A stretch of DNA of 39,198 nucleotides, taken from sequence record SRR31156797_604; one strand, written 5' to 3'. Positions 1-10,564 of this stretch are shown piece after piece (within the stretch, counting starts at the first letter, position 1; every line of letters starts with the position of its first letter). Under the pieces are notes generated by a model that saw only the letters and a program-made list of their open reading frames with translations, did not search any database and was not told the origin of the DNA. The position numbers and the translations under genes are program-made.

Positions 1-61
1 ATTCGAACCCCCGACCTACTGGTCCGTAGCCAGTCACTCTATCCAGCTGAGCCACAGGTAC
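1..61 (-). tRNA. tRNA-Arg(ACG), 3' end cut off by the window edge
   Basis: Reverse complement reads GTACCTG-TG-GCTCAGCTGGATAGAGT-G-ACTGG-CTACGGA-CCAGT-AGGTC-GGGGG-TTCGAAT: D arm, anticodon stem with ACG, and TTCGAAT T-loop. Confidence 0.95.
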
Positions 62-191
62 ATATTCTGTCTCTTTTGGAGAAACAGCTTAATAAGTATA
101 TACTAGCTATTTGATAAAGTCAAGAGTTTTTGCTGTATATTATTTCGATAATATCTGTAAATATTTACACAGACAATTTACACAGATTAGC

Positions 192-662
192 TTACTTTAC
201 ATGGAGTTTGAATTCTCTAAAGAGTTTCTTCTGTCTCTTGGATTTTGGCTTCTTTACATCTTTCCAAGGTTCCATCAAAAAGTGTTGAAGAACATCTGCA
301 TCCTTTAGAGCTTCATCAAATTTTGAATGCTTTGAGTTCTTTGCTGAATGGTAATAGATTGCTTTGCATATTTTACTAATTTCACTTTTTTTATACAGAT
401 TAGTCTCTTTTAATATCTTTTCTGCATATTTACTTCCCAATTTAGCATGATCCTTTTCCTGATTTTCAACGTATTGAAATAAGTCATGAAGCAATCCGGC
501 TGCTGCCAGCAATTCTGAATCCAGACCTCTCCGTCGTGCTATCATTCGAGCCATATGTGCAACACCATGAGAGTGCAGATAAGCTTCTTCTTTGAAAGAT
601 TGTTTACTGATCTTTGAAATTTGTTTATTTACTTTTAGTACTAGTTTTTGTTCCCTGTTCAT
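192..662 (-). CDS. HD-domain phosphohydrolase
   Basis: H..HS, LLHD, DHAKLG, H(S) and DAD motifs of the HD superfamily; lies just downstream of ispDF. Confidence 0.85.
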   Translation of the reverse strand: MNREQKLVLKVNKQISKISKQSFKEEAYLHSHGVAHMARMIARRRGLDSELLAAAGLLHDLFQYVENQEKDHAKLGSKYAEKILKETNLYKKSEISKICKAIYYHSAKNSKHSKFDEALKDADVLQHFLMEPWKDVKKPKSKRQKKLFREFKLHVK

Positions 663-677
663 GTTTTATGACCTTGT

Positions 678-1835
678 TTATTTTATTAACATCACTATTG
701 CCCTGGCACTGATGCCCAGACCTTCACCCTCAAAGCCCAGCTTTTCAGTAGTTGTGGCTTTAATGTTGACTTGTGAAATACTGCACTTCATTGCATTAGC
801 TAAGCATTCACGTATTGCATCCCTGTATGGTGATATTTTTGGCATTTCACATGCTATCACTGAATCGATATTGTTTATTCTGTATCCCATGTCATATATT
901 TTTTCCACTACTCTTTTAAGTAGTAAAATGGAGTAAATATCTTTGAACTCACTACTGGAATCAGGGAATAACTGTCCGATATCGGATAATCCTGCAGCTC
1001 CAAGAATTGCATCCATTATGGCATGTGTTAATACATCTGCATCTGAATGACCTATAAGCCCTAAATCGTAGGGTATGGTAACACCGCCAAGAATCAGCTT
1101 CCTGTTTTTTGCGAACCTATGAACATCATAACCTAGTCCTATCCGCATTTCATCAGTAGTTTTCATTAAGTTTTCCACCAGTTCTATGTCACTTTTAGTA
1201 GTTAATTTGAAATCCTTACGGTTAATATCTGCAATATATACTTGCATACCGATTGCTTCAGCTGCTGAGGCATCATCAGTTATTTCGACATCGTTTTCTA
1301 TTACATATTTATATGCTTTATATATTAACGAAAATTCGAACCCCTGCGGTGTATATATTTCGTAAACGTTAGTTCTGTCGATGGTTTCTGTTACTTCTTC
1401 ACTGGGTGCTCGCTTAATAGTATTTACATTTTTTGCAGCTGCAACACATGCAGATTTTTTTATTGTTGTATCTGTAACTTTTTGTATAGTATTCTGTGTC
1501 AGCATTGGACGAGCACCATCATGTATCAGAACATAATCACAATTGTCTTCAATTGCTTTTAGTCCATTAAATACTGATTCCTGACGTGTACTACCGCCTG
1601 TAGTAAATATAATATCAGTAGAAAGATTTAGCTCGCTGACTAAATGTTTGTACTCATCTATATTTTCTTCGGCGCATACCAAAACTATTTTATCAATCAA
1701 TGAACTTTTATCAAATTCATTAAGACTATAGTTTATTGCAGGTATACCATGAATCGGTAAAAGTACCTTTGGATATGCAGTGCCCATTCTGGTACCTTTT
1801 CCTCCAGCTAGGCATATGGCACAGATTTTAGTCAT
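678..1835 (-). CDS. ispDF: Bifunctional IspD/IspF (MEP cytidylyltransferase / MEcPP synthase)
   Basis: N-terminal LAGGKGTRMG..PK, GGSTRQESV, IHDGARP (IspD); C-terminal RIGLGYDVH, GHSDADV..HA, DIGQLFP, KATTTEKLG (IspF). Start moved to ATG 1835, which overlaps the yabO stop (ATGACTAA). Confidence 0.95.
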   Translation of the reverse strand: MTKICAICLAGGKGTRMGTAYPKVLLPIHGIPAINYSLNEFDKSSLIDKIVLVCAEENIDEYKHLVSELNLSTDIIFTTGGSTRQESVFNGLKAIEDNCDYVLIHDGARPMLTQNTIQKVTDTTIKKSACVAAAKNVNTIKRAPSEEVTETIDRTNVYEIYTPQGFEFSLIYKAYKYVIENDVEITDDASAAEAIGMQVYIADINRKDFKLTTKSDIELVENLMKTTDEMRIGLGYDVHRFAKNRKLILGGVTIPYDLGLIGHSDADVLTHAIMDAILGAAGLSDIGQLFPDSSSEFKDIYSILLLKRVVEKIYDMGYRINNIDSVIACEMPKISPYRDAIRECLANAMKCSISQVNIKATTTEKLGFEGEGLGISARAIVMLIK

Positions 1836-2094
1836 TCTTTTTTTCATCTGGTGCATATAGGGTTTCGTACATAGATGCTGCTTCTTCTTTAGTTACTGTT
1901 TCAGCTAACTTTGCAACCTTTACTTTTTTGTGATAGCCTCTGATATCAATAGCAATCTCGTCACCAATCTTCACATCATAACCGGGTTTTGCAATTTTTT
2001 CATTAACAGCAATTAAACCATTTGCACATGCTTGTTGTGCTAACGAACGTCTTTTTATCAGTCTTGATACTTTTAAGTACTTATCTAATCTCAT
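1828..2094 (-). CDS. yabO: S4-domain RNA-binding protein (YabO/RqcP, Hsp15-like)
   Basis: MRLDKYLKVSRLIKRRSLA...AKPG..VKIGD; start placed at ATG 2094 behind a GAGG RBS. Confidence 0.92.
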   Translation of the reverse strand: MRLDKYLKVSRLIKRRSLAQQACANGLIAVNEKIAKPGYDVKIGDEIAIDIRGYHKKVKVAKLAETVTKEEAASMYETLYAPDEKKND

Positions 2095-2232
2095 ATTTTC
2101 CTCACAGTTATTATTTGTTACACTATCTGGAAACATTATACTAGAAAACTTAGCTTATGCATATAGTTTTCTCATCAAATGATTTATTATAGCTAAATAG
2201 TGTGATAGTATGTAAAAAATATAAAAATACTA

Positions 2233-2261
2233 TTGACAATATTATTAACTGCTGATATACT
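2233..2261 (+). promoter_or_regulatory. Sigma-A promoter of the his operon
   Basis: TTGACA (2233-2238), 17 bp spacer, TG-n-TATACT (2253-2261). Confidence 0.8.
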
Positions 2262-2277
2262 TTAGCAAAGTAAAGCA
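2258..2277. promoter_or_regulatory. HisR (YerC/TrpR-family) operator
   Basis: TACTTTA-GCAAAG-TAAAGCA matches the Firmicute YACTTTA-N6-TAAAGTR palindrome at 13/14 positions and overlaps the -10 and +1. Confidence 0.75.
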
Positions 2278-2310
2278 GTAAATGATTAAATTACTGCAAT
2301 GGAGTGTAAA

Positions 2311-3294
2311 ATGACAAAACTTAGGAACGTACCGTATGGAATGCAGGATTATCTGCCTCTTGAATACTCTCATAAAGCAAAATTCGAAAAGAAAATGGTA
2401 GATAATTTTATTGTAAAAGACTTTCAAATGGTTGATACACCAGTGCTGGAAAACATGGAAGTTTTCTGTGTTGATGATGGTTTTCAGATAGAGGAGATGT
2501 TTAAGGTTACAGATAACAGAGGAAGTGTGCTGGTCTTGAGACCAGATATGACGATGCCTATTGCAAGAATGGCTGCAACTAAACTAGCTGACAAAAATAA
2601 CCTAAGACTTTGTTATTGCGGTAATATATTTCATCTAAACGGAGAGCAGTACGAGGGCTTTCGGCAGGTAACCCAGATAGGAGTAGAGCTCCTTGGCGAT
2701 TCATCATATGCCACAGATGCAGAAGTGCTTATATTAGCCATAAATGCAATTAAGGAAGCTGGTCTAAAAGATTTCCAGATTGAGATAGGGCAGACTGATT
2801 TTTTTCGAGGTCTGATGACAGAAGCAGGTCTGGATGATTCTCAATATGAACAAATGCGTTCCTTAGTGGAAGATAAAAACATGCTGGGTATAGAAATTCT
2901 GCTAGACAGTATTAGTATTAATTCAAAGCTCAAGAATGATATACTTGAGCTGCCAATGCTATACGGTGGAACTGAGATATTAGAAACTGCTAAAAAATAC
3001 TCTGATAACAAACTGTGCAAACAGGCTGTGGAAAATATTGAACAGATATTACAGATTATTGATGAAGAGGGACTGCTAAATTACATCTCAATAGATTTTT
3101 CATTGGTTGCAAATGCTAATTACTATACCGGAATAGTCTTTCAAGGAATCTGTTCGAACGTTGGTTATCCATTATTAACTGGGGGCAGATATGATAATCT
3201 GATTGGAAAATACGGCAAGGATATGCCAGCTATAGGATTTGCTATGATAAGCAAGCATATGCTGATTGCACTGGATAGGGAAGGGGCACTATAA
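2311..3294 (+). CDS. hisZ: ATP phosphoribosyltransferase regulatory subunit
   Basis: PYGMQDYLP, LVLRPDMT.PIAR, Q.GVELLG, YYTGIVF, GGRYDNL; first gene of the his operon; GGAG RBS before ATG 2311. Confidence 0.93.
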   Translation: MTKLRNVPYGMQDYLPLEYSHKAKFEKKMVDNFIVKDFQMVDTPVLENMEVFCVDDGFQIEEMFKVTDNRGSVLVLRPDMTMPIARMAATKLADKNNLRLCYCGNIFHLNGEQYEGFRQVTQIGVELLGDSSYATDAEVLILAINAIKEAGLKDFQIEIGQTDFFRGLMTEAGLDDSQYEQMRSLVEDKNMLGIEILLDSISINSKLKNDILELPMLYGGTEILETAKKYSDNKLCKQAVENIEQILQIIDEEGLLNYISIDFSLVANANYYTGIVFQGICSNVGYPLLTGGRYDNLIGKYGKDMPAIGFAMISKHMLIALDREGAL

Positions 3295-3935
3295 TGAAGA
3301 AGTTAAATATTGCCCTGGCAAAAGGCCGACTAGCGGAAAAATCAATGAAGATACTCAATGAATGCGGAATCGATTGTTCATTTGTTGATACAAAGAGTCG
3401 CAAGCTGATATTTACTAATGAAGACAATACAGTATCAATAATACTTGTTAAGCCCAGTGATGTTCCTACCTATGTAGAGCGGGGTGTGTCTGACATTGGT
3501 ATAGTAGGCAAAGACACCTTGATGGAGAGTGGTAAACAGCTTTACGAGATGCTGGATTTAGGATTTGCAAAATGCAGATTATGCGTAGCAGCACCAGAGA
3601 ATGAGAGTAAGAACAATATAACGAGTGTAAACTTAAGAGTAGCAACAAAATATCCAAAGACAGCCAAAGCATATTACATGGCTAAAGGCGTCAATATTGA
3701 TATTATAAAGCTCAATGGCTCTGTAGAATTAGGACCACTGGTGGGACTATCTGATGTTATTGTAGATATAGTTGAGTCAGGCAAGACTCTAGTGGAGAAT
3801 GGCTTGAGAGTTACAGAGGAGATTTGCGATATTTCGGCTAGACTAGTTGTGAATAAGGTTTCCCTCAAAACAAAAGGCGAAGCTATACGCCCACTGATAA
3901 ATGAATTAAGACAGTATATGGACAAAAAGGCTTAA
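3294..3935 (+). CDS. hisG: ATP phosphoribosyltransferase, short form
   Basis: IALAKGRL, KPSDVPTYVERG, VATKYP, GSVELGP, DIVESGKTL.ENGL; 213 aa. Confidence 0.97.
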   Translation: MKKLNIALAKGRLAEKSMKILNECGIDCSFVDTKSRKLIFTNEDNTVSIILVKPSDVPTYVERGVSDIGIVGKDTLMESGKQLYEMLDLGFAKCRLCVAAPENESKNNITSVNLRVATKYPKTAKAYYMAKGVNIDIIKLNGSVELGPLVGLSDVIVDIVESGKTLVENGLRVTEEICDISARLVVNKVSLKTKGEAIRPLINELRQYMDKKA

Positions 3936-3938
3936 GTT

Positions 3939-5231
3939 ATGAATAGTAAAATTAAAATTTTAAAAGGTGATATGAAGTCTCAGCTAGAGACTATAGCTCT
4001 GAGATCACAGGTAAATACAAAGAAGCAGATGGACACTGTGACTGATATTATAAATGATGTGAAGTCAGAAGGCGATAAAGCATTATTTAAATATACTAAG
4101 AAGTTTGATAATGTAGTGTTAAACCCTGATACTGTATTAGTTTCCCAAGGCGAAATAGATGCTGCGTACAATAAATTGGACAGCAAGCTAAAATCAACTA
4201 TTGAAAAGGCTGCAGATAATATCAGAGCATTCCATAAGCTTCATAAACGAGAAGATATAAAGATGTCACTTCAAAGCGGGTATATTGGTACTAGAATTAT
4301 TCCTGTAGAAAAAGCTGGTATATATGTACCGGGTGGCAGAGCGGCATATCCTTCATCTGTTCTAATGAATATAATTCCTGCACAGATAGCTGGGGTAAAA
4401 GATATAATAATGTGTACTCCTGCACTGCCTGATGGTTCAGTGTATTATATGACGTTAGCTGCGGCAAAGATTGCAGGTGCTACAAAAGTATATAAAATAG
4501 GCGGAGCACAGGCTATAGCAGCTATGGCATACGGTACTGAAACTATACCAAAAGTTAATGTGATAGTTGGACCGGGGAATATATTCGTAGCACTAGCAAA
4601 GAAACAGGTATATGGTGACGTTGGGATAGATATGATAGCAGGACCTTCAGAAGTGCTTATAATAGCTGATGACACTGCGAATCCTGAATATATAGCAGCA
4701 GACTTGTTGTCTCAGGCAGAACATGACCCTATGGCAGCAGCAATACTGATTACAACCAGTGATGATATAGCACAGAAAGTATCGCTTGAAGTTGATAAGC
4801 AGATTGAGCAGTTAAAGGGTACTAAGGATAATGCAGTTCAAAGCATAAAGAATCACGGCGTAATATTAATGGCTGACAGCATACTTGATGCAATTGATTT
4901 GGCAAATGAAATAGCTCCTGAACACTTGGAGATTGTTGTAGATGATCCTGAAAAGTATTTGGATTTAATAAAGAACGCAGGAGCAGTATTTGTAGGAGAG
5001 TATTCACCTGAACCACTAGGGGATTACTTCGCAGGTACAAATCACGTACTACCAACATCAGGGTCAGCTAAGTTTTCATCTCCTTTGGGTGTAGAGAATT
5101 TCACAAAAAGGTCATCTGTGATATACTATAGCAGAGAAATGTTGGAAGAAGTGTACGAGGATATCGATTCATTTGCAAAGCTTGAGGGTCTGGATGCTCA
5201 TGCAAGAAGTGCAAGTATCAGATTTAAATAA
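3939..5231 (+). CDS. hisD: Histidinol dehydrogenase
   Basis: [54 protein letters not shown]. Confidence 0.97.
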   Translation: MNSKIKILKGDMKSQLETIALRSQVNTKKQMDTVTDIINDVKSEGDKALFKYTKKFDNVVLNPDTVLVSQGEIDAAYNKLDSKLKSTIEKAADNIRAFHKLHKREDIKMSLQSGYIGTRIIPVEKAGIYVPGGRAAYPSSVLMNIIPAQIAGVKDIIMCTPALPDGSVYYMTLAAAKIAGATKVYKIGGAQAIAAMAYGTETIPKVNVIVGPGNIFVALAKKQVYGDVGIDMIAGPSEVLIIADDTANPEYIAADLLSQAEHDPMAAAILITTSDDIAQKVSLEVDKQIEQLKGTKDNAVQSIKNHGVILMADSILDAIDLANEIAPEHLEIVVDDPEKYLDLIKNAGAVFVGEYSPEPLGDYFAGTNHVLPTSGSAKFSSPLGVENFTKRSSVIYYSREMLEEVYEDIDSFAKLEGLDAHARSASIRFK

Positions 5232-5243
5232 GGTGAATATTCT

Positions 5244-5828
5244 ATGAGAAAAGCAATTGTAAAAAGAGAAACTGGTGAAACAAAAATCTACATAAGTTTA
5301 AATATTGACGGCAGTGGAGTGTCGAATATTGATACGGGCATTGGTTTTTTTGATCATATGCTTACTCTATTTGCCAAGCATTCTATGATGGATGTGGATA
5401 TTACCTGTAAGGGTGATACCTATGTGGACTGTCACCATACCATAGAGGATGTGGGAATAGCTCTTGGAACTGCTCTTGGTAAAGCTCTTGGGGATAAAGC
5501 TGGTATAGTAAGATACGGCACATATTATCTGCCTATGGATGAAGCACTGGCATTGGTTACTCTGGATTTATCTGGCAGGTCATATCTGGTGTTTAATGCC
5601 CAAATGCCTACACAGAAATTAGGAGATTTTGATACAGAAATGGTGGAGGACTTCTTCCAAGCCATAGCTAATGCTGCTAAGATGACACTGCATATTAATC
5701 TAATCTATGGAAGAAATACCCATCATATCATAGAAGCGATTTTTAAAGGATTTGCCAGAGCATTGGATATTGCTACATCAAAGGATAGCAGGGTAGTGGG
5801 GATTCCATCAACAAAGGGAGTATTATGA
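5244..5828 (+). CDS. hisB: Imidazoleglycerol-phosphate dehydratase (monofunctional)
   Basis: RETGET, TGIGFFDHML, HHTIEDVG, PMDEAL, N.HH..EA.FK, PSTKGVL. Confidence 0.97.
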   Translation: MRKAIVKRETGETKIYISLNIDGSGVSNIDTGIGFFDHMLTLFAKHSMMDVDITCKGDTYVDCHHTIEDVGIALGTALGKALGDKAGIVRYGTYYLPMDEALALVTLDLSGRSYLVFNAQMPTQKLGDFDTEMVEDFFQAIANAAKMTLHINLIYGRNTHHIIEAIFKGFARALDIATSKDSRVVGIPSTKGVL

Positions 5829-6433
5829 TTACAATTATTGATTATGGCATGGGGAATCTACGCTCTGCTCAAAAGGCGTTTGAATTCTTAGGATATGAAA
5901 CTATTGTTACTGATGATATTAAGAAAATAAAATCTGCCCAGAAGCTGGTTTTGCCTGGTGTCGGAGCATTTGCGGAAGCGATGGAGCGGTTGAATGCAAA
6001 AGGGATTTCCGAAGTTATTAGGGAGAAAACAGCTATGGGCATTCCATTTTTAGGAATTTGCCTTGGAATGCAGCTGGTTTTTGATAAATCCTATGAAGGC
6101 GGCGAATTTACAGGATTAGGTTTGATAAAAGGTGAAATTATTAAGTTTGATATTGGCAGTGAATACAAAGTACCTCACATGGGATGGAATATCATAAAGG
6201 ATTTAAAAGGTGAATTGTTCAGTGGTATTGAGGATGGTGTTTATACATATTTTGTCCACTCATACTATGCAAAGCCTCAAGAAGCATCTGTTATAACTGC
6301 AAAGTCAAATTACGATATTGATTTTACAGCTGCTGTGCAAAAGGGTAATATCTTTGCAACACAATACCACCCTGAAAAATCAGGAGATATTGGTCTGGTA
6401 ATGTTGGATAATTTCGCTAAGTATGAAGGTTAA
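5825..6433 (+). CDS. hisH: Imidazole glycerol phosphate synthase glutaminase subunit
   Basis: IIDYGMGNL, LPGVGAF, GICLGMQ, PHMGWN, YFVHSY, QYHPEKSG. Confidence 0.97.
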   Translation: MITIIDYGMGNLRSAQKAFEFLGYETIVTDDIKKIKSAQKLVLPGVGAFAEAMERLNAKGISEVIREKTAMGIPFLGICLGMQLVFDKSYEGGEFTGLGLIKGEIIKFDIGSEYKVPHMGWNIIKDLKGELFSGIEDGVYTYFVHSYYAKPQEASVITAKSNYDIDFTAAVQKGNIFATQYHPEKSGDIGLVMLDNFAKYEG

Positions 6434-6451
6434 ACAAGAAAGGCAATATAA

Positions 6452-7171
6452 ATGAGTTTTATCATATACCCAGCTATTGACTTAAAGGATGGTAAAGCAG
6501 TACGCTTATTACAAGGAGACATGGATAAATCCACAATCTATTGTGAAAATCCTGTAAATGTGGCAAAAGGGTTCGAAAAAGCAGGGGCAGAATGGATACA
6601 TATTGTTGATTTGAACGGTGCATTTGCCGGCAGGAGTGTAAATCTAGATGTTATTAAATCAATTGAAGAAAGTGTGAATATCAAAATTCAGGTTGGAGGC
6701 GGTATCCGTACTATGGATAATGTCGTAGATATGCTGGAAAAAGTAGGCGTTGACAGAGTAATACTAGGTACTGTAGCTGCAAAGAACCCGCAATTGGTAG
6801 AGGAAGCAGTAGAAAAATACCGTGATAGGATTGCTGTAGGAATAGATGCAAAAAATGGTATGATCGCTGTTAATGGTTGGGCTGAGGATTCAAATATCAA
6901 AGCTGTAGAGCTGGCTAAAAAAATGAAAGATATCGGAGTTAAAACTATTATCTATACTGATATTTCAAAAGATGGTATGATGGATGGACCCAACATAGAG
7001 GAAACTCTCTGTTTACATGAATTAGGCGGGATTGATATTATACTGTCTGGAGGAATAAGCAAACTTCAGGATATAATAGCTGCAAAGAATGCAAATCTTT
7101 CAGGAGCTATAACTGGTAAAGCGATATATACCGGTGCGATTGATTTGGAAGAGGTGCTTAAACTATGCTGA
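6452..7171 (+). CDS. hisA: ProFAR isomerase
   Basis: [40 protein letters not shown]. Confidence 0.96.
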   Translation: MSFIIYPAIDLKDGKAVRLLQGDMDKSTIYCENPVNVAKGFEKAGAEWIHIVDLNGAFAGRSVNLDVIKSIEESVNIKIQVGGGIRTMDNVVDMLEKVGVDRVILGTVAAKNPQLVEEAVEKYRDRIAVGIDAKNGMIAVNGWAEDSNIKAVELAKKMKDIGVKTIIYTDISKDGMMDGPNIEETLCLHELGGIDIILSGGISKLQDIIAAKNANLSGAITGKAIYTGAIDLEEVLKLC

Positions 7172-7926
7172 CAAAAAGAGTTATTCCCTGCCTTGATGTA
7201 CATGATGGTAGAGTAGTAAAGGGTGTAAATTTCGTTAATCTGCAAGATGCTGGTGATCCTGTTGAGATAGCAAAAGCATATAATGAAGCTGGTGCTGACG
7301 AACTGGTATTTTTGGATATTACAGCAAGCTCAGATAAGCGGAACATCATGCTTGATGTTGTAGCAAAAACAGCAGAGTGCATATTTATTCCACTGACTGT
7401 AGGCGGAGGTATAAGAAGTACTGAGGATTTCCGCAGAATACTAAAGGTAGGAGCAGATAAGATATCAATAAATTCATCTGCACTTAAAAACCAACAATTA
7501 ATCAGCGATGCAGCGTGGAAATTTGGCTCACAATGTGTAGTAGTTGCAATAGATGCAAAAAGAAACGCTGATAACAAGTCATGGAATGTATATATTAATG
7601 GCGGCAGGGTAGACTTTGGTGTAGATGCACTTGAGTGGGCATTAAAAGCTGAGAAATTAGGTGCAGGGGAAATACTCCTCACTTCAATGGATTGTGATGG
7701 TACAAAGGCTGGATATGATATAGAGCTGACGAGAACTATATCTGAGGCTGTTGGAATACCTGTAATTGCATCTGGCGGTGCAGGCAAATTGGAGCACTTC
7801 TCTGATGTGTGTATAGATGGTAAGGCTGATGCTGTGTTAGCAGCCAGTTTGTTTCACTATAATGAACTTAGCATAAATGAAGTAAAAGAATATATGAAGA
7901 AGACGAATCTGGAAGTCAGACTATAA
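7165..7926 (+). CDS. hisF: Imidazole glycerol phosphate synthase cyclase subunit
   Basis: [50 protein letters not shown]. Confidence 0.97.
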   Translation: MLTKRVIPCLDVHDGRVVKGVNFVNLQDAGDPVEIAKAYNEAGADELVFLDITASSDKRNIMLDVVAKTAECIFIPLTVGGGIRSTEDFRRILKVGADKISINSSALKNQQLISDAAWKFGSQCVVVAIDAKRNADNKSWNVYINGGRVDFGVDALEWALKAEKLGAGEILLTSMDCDGTKAGYDIELTRTISEAVGIPVIASGGAGKLEHFSDVCIDGKADAVLAASLFHYNELSINEVKEYMKKTNLEVRL

Positions 7927-7937
7927 AGGAGAACATA

Positions 7938-8549
7938 ATGGATATTAGCAAGATAAAATTTAATGAAAAAGGATTAGTTCCAGCAATTGTACAGGATAGA
8001 ATAACAGGTGCAGTTCTGATGATGGCATATATGAATGAGGAATCAATAAATCTAACAATAGAGACTGGATTCGCTCATTATTATTCAAGAAGCAGAGAGA
8101 AGCTATGGAAAAAGGGAGAAACATCAGGACATCTGCAGAAGGTAATCAGTGCAAAATATGACTGTGATGCTGATACAATTCTTCTGATTGTTGAACAGGA
8201 AGGCGTTGCATGCCACACAGGTGAATACACATGCTTCCATAATAATTTCTATGGGGATGATATTAAGGTATCACCACAGATTATACTGACACTTTATGAT
8301 ATTATTATAGATAGACGCAAGAACCCAAAAGAGGGTTCATATACGAATTATCTATTTAGCAAAGGTAAAAATAAAACCTGCAAAAAAGTAGGCGAGGAAG
8401 CAGCTGAGGTAATTATTGGTGCAGTATCAGAAGACAAAGAAAACGTAGTATACGAAATTGCTGACCTTTTGTACCATTTAAGCGTATTAATGGTACAGTG
8501 TGATATCACATGGGATGACGTTTACTCTGAGCTTGCCAAACGTAAATAA
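7938..8549 (+). CDS. hisIE: Bifunctional phosphoribosyl-AMP cyclohydrolase / phosphoribosyl-ATP pyrophosphatase
   Basis: SRSR..LW.KGETSG, DCD.D, ACHTG..TCF, then SYT.YLF.KG, KKVGEEA.E, E.ADLLYH. Confidence 0.96.
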   Translation: MDISKIKFNEKGLVPAIVQDRITGAVLMMAYMNEESINLTIETGFAHYYSRSREKLWKKGETSGHLQKVISAKYDCDADTILLIVEQEGVACHTGEYTCFHNNFYGDDIKVSPQIILTLYDIIIDRRKNPKEGSYTNYLFSKGKNKTCKKVGEEAAEVIIGAVSEDKENVVYEIADLLYHLSVLMVQCDITWDDVYSELAKRK

Positions 8550-8557
8550 TAAAAATA

Positions 8558-9709
8558 CTAGACCAAAAAGATTGAGCCCTTGCCCTGAGCGTATTTATTC
8601 TCATTCAAAGAAATAGCATTCTTTAATATTATACTCTTGATTTTATCAGGAGTTATTTTCCTGTTTGCTTCATAATATAATAATGCCGCACCTGCAACTA
8701 TCGGTGTGGATACTGATGTACCACTCATTATGGTATATGGCATTTCATTTGAGTTGTTGCATGACGTAATATTCACACCCGGTGCTACTATATCTGGTTT
8801 AATAATGCTAGAATTTGCTGGTCCTCTGCTGGAAAATTCCGCTACGAAATCATCATCTGTTGTAACAGTTCTCACATCATCGCTGGCACCTACTGTCATT
8901 ATTGAGGGATTAACACCAGGTGATGTAATTGTTCTGCTGGAAGGACCCGAATTTCCTGCAGCAGCAACTACGAATATACCCTGATCCCATAATTTTTGTG
9001 CACCTTTTGATAGTATATCTGATTCTTCAGTTCCAGCAATTGCACCTAATGACATTGATAGAACTTTTATATTCAGCTTTTTGTGATTATCACTAATAAA
9101 CTGCATGGCTTCTAGTATTAATGAACCGCTGCCGCCGCCTGCACTGTCCATAGTTTTGAATGATATTATATTAGCAGATGGTGCAATACCTTTATAAAGC
9201 CCTTTAGACCTATAACCATTACCGCATAGCACACCAGAAACGAATGTTCCATGGCCATTGTCATCATATGGTGCTTGTTTATGATTGACTAAGTCTATAA
9301 ATCCTTTTATCCTGTTCTTTGGTCTTATGAAATCGGCATGTGGGAATATACCTGTATCAATTACAGCAGCAGTAAGACCCTTGCCTGTTAAACCTCTTCT
9401 ATGGAATTTGTCAGCTCCTATAACTTTGCTCGCAATATCCATTTGAGTTGCAGCTTTTATATCAGAACAGATATATTGAACTTCTGTTTTATCTGATAAC
9501 TGTTCTAGCTGCTGGATAGGGATTTCAATGATGAATGCACTAATAAAAGGAAGTTTCTTAATAATTCTTGTGTTGGATTTTATAAATGAATCCATTAAGT
9601 TCATATATTCATTCGCAAGTACTATAATCCTAATATTTGATGTACTTTTTATATTAACACTTTCTAATAAAAGAGGGTCCACCTTACTCTTTAGTTTCTC
9701 TATACTCAT
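8558..9709 (-). CDS. Intracellular S8 subtilisin-like protease (AprX-like)
   Basis: Catalytic triad motifs VIDTGI, DDNGHGT and SGTSVSTP, oxyanion AAGNSG, KPDIVAPG; about 85-aa propeptide-like N-terminus and no signal peptide. Confidence 0.88.
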   Translation of the reverse strand: MSIEKLKSKVDPLLLESVNIKSTSNIRIIVLANEYMNLMDSFIKSNTRIIKKLPFISAFIIEIPIQQLEQLSDKTEVQYICSDIKAATQMDIASKVIGADKFHRRGLTGKGLTAAVIDTGIFPHADFIRPKNRIKGFIDLVNHKQAPYDDNGHGTFVSGVLCGNGYRSKGLYKGIAPSANIISFKTMDSAGGGSGSLILEAMQFISDNHKKLNIKVLSMSLGAIAGTEESDILSKGAQKLWDQGIFVVAAAGNSGPSSRTITSPGVNPSIMTVGASDDVRTVTTDDDFVAEFSSRGPANSSIIKPDIVAPGVNITSCNNSNEMPYTIMSGTSVSTPIVAGAALLYYEANRKITPDKIKSIILKNAISLNENKYAQGKGSIFLV

Positions 9710-9853
9710 AATACACCTCGTAATCTTTTGCTATGGGATATTATATGAATTTAAATTGACGCTGGTTACTGGTATGTTCTTTTTTATAGCGGTAATGAAT
9801 AGACTTTAATAGGAAGTATTAGTTTCCGTAATAAATTACTAGCGGGGTAATAA

Positions 9854-10543
9854 ATGGGTGGTATTAATAGCGGCTGGAATTCAAGTGAGACTGAATACTT
9901 AAGAAAAAGGGTGTTGGATTGTCTTGATAAAAAAAAACCACTTTCAAACGCTTTTAAAGAGACTGCAGTGTTAACTGGAAGAAATGAAAATAGTATCAGG
10001 AATTATTATTATACAAATTTACGCAGAGAAATGATGTCTCAAGAAAAAGATGTTGTTATAAGAAGTAGCAATGAATATGAAACATTTTCTTCTGGTGAAA
10101 TACATCATTTGCTAAGGTATATTGTCATGGGTGTTTCCTCAGGCAAATCTGTTCGTCAATGTACCAGCGAATTAGCGAATAGCGATACTAAACTTATGCT
10201 TAGATATCAGAACAAATACCGTTCTATTGTAAAAAGGCATAAAGAAATGCTGGATAAGGTAATTGTTGAATTACAATCTGAAGGATATCCAGTGGATCCT
10301 ATTTTGGGAAAAACTACAGAGAAGAAAGTTATCAGGTTGGATACCTCAGTAAATCTGTCTGAATTTATTAAGTCGGTAAACACATTATACAATAATGGAG
10401 TAATAGACAGTACAATCAGGAAGAATGCAATTTATACAAAGGCTATGGTAGAAGGCGAATACAGCAAAATGCAAAAAGCAACTATGCTGTATGAACTCTA
10501 CAATGAGAAGCTCAAAAAGATAGTCGCTAAAATCTGTGATTGA
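9854..10543 (+). CDS. Putative RsfA/Myb-like transcriptional regulator with two repeats
   Basis: W.SSE..YL...V......KPLS.AF.E.A..TGR...SIRNYYY, followed by a second degenerate unit F.SGE...LL..IV.G...GKSVR. Confidence 0.5.
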   Translation: MGGINSGWNSSETEYLRKRVLDCLDKKKPLSNAFKETAVLTGRNENSIRNYYYTNLRREMMSQEKDVVIRSSNEYETFSSGEIHHLLRYIVMGVSSGKSVRQCTSELANSDTKLMLRYQNKYRSIVKRHKEMLDKVIVELQSEGYPVDPILGKTTEKKVIRLDTSVNLSEFIKSVNTLYNNGVIDSTIRKNAIYTKAMVEGEYSKMQKATMLYELYNEKLKKIVAKICD

Positions 10544-10564
10544 TTTGTAATACCTATTCTGTTA

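Noticed and set aside
2137-2310. His leader peptide or T-box attenuator
   Set aside because: No His-codon run, T-box motif or terminator; the promoter is only about 50 bp from the hisZ start.
7158-7787. 209-aa antisense ORF over hisF and the many other 60-136 aa antisense or overlapping ORFs in the track
   Set aside because: They shadow well-supported genes and lack motifs and RBSs; expected from codon bias.
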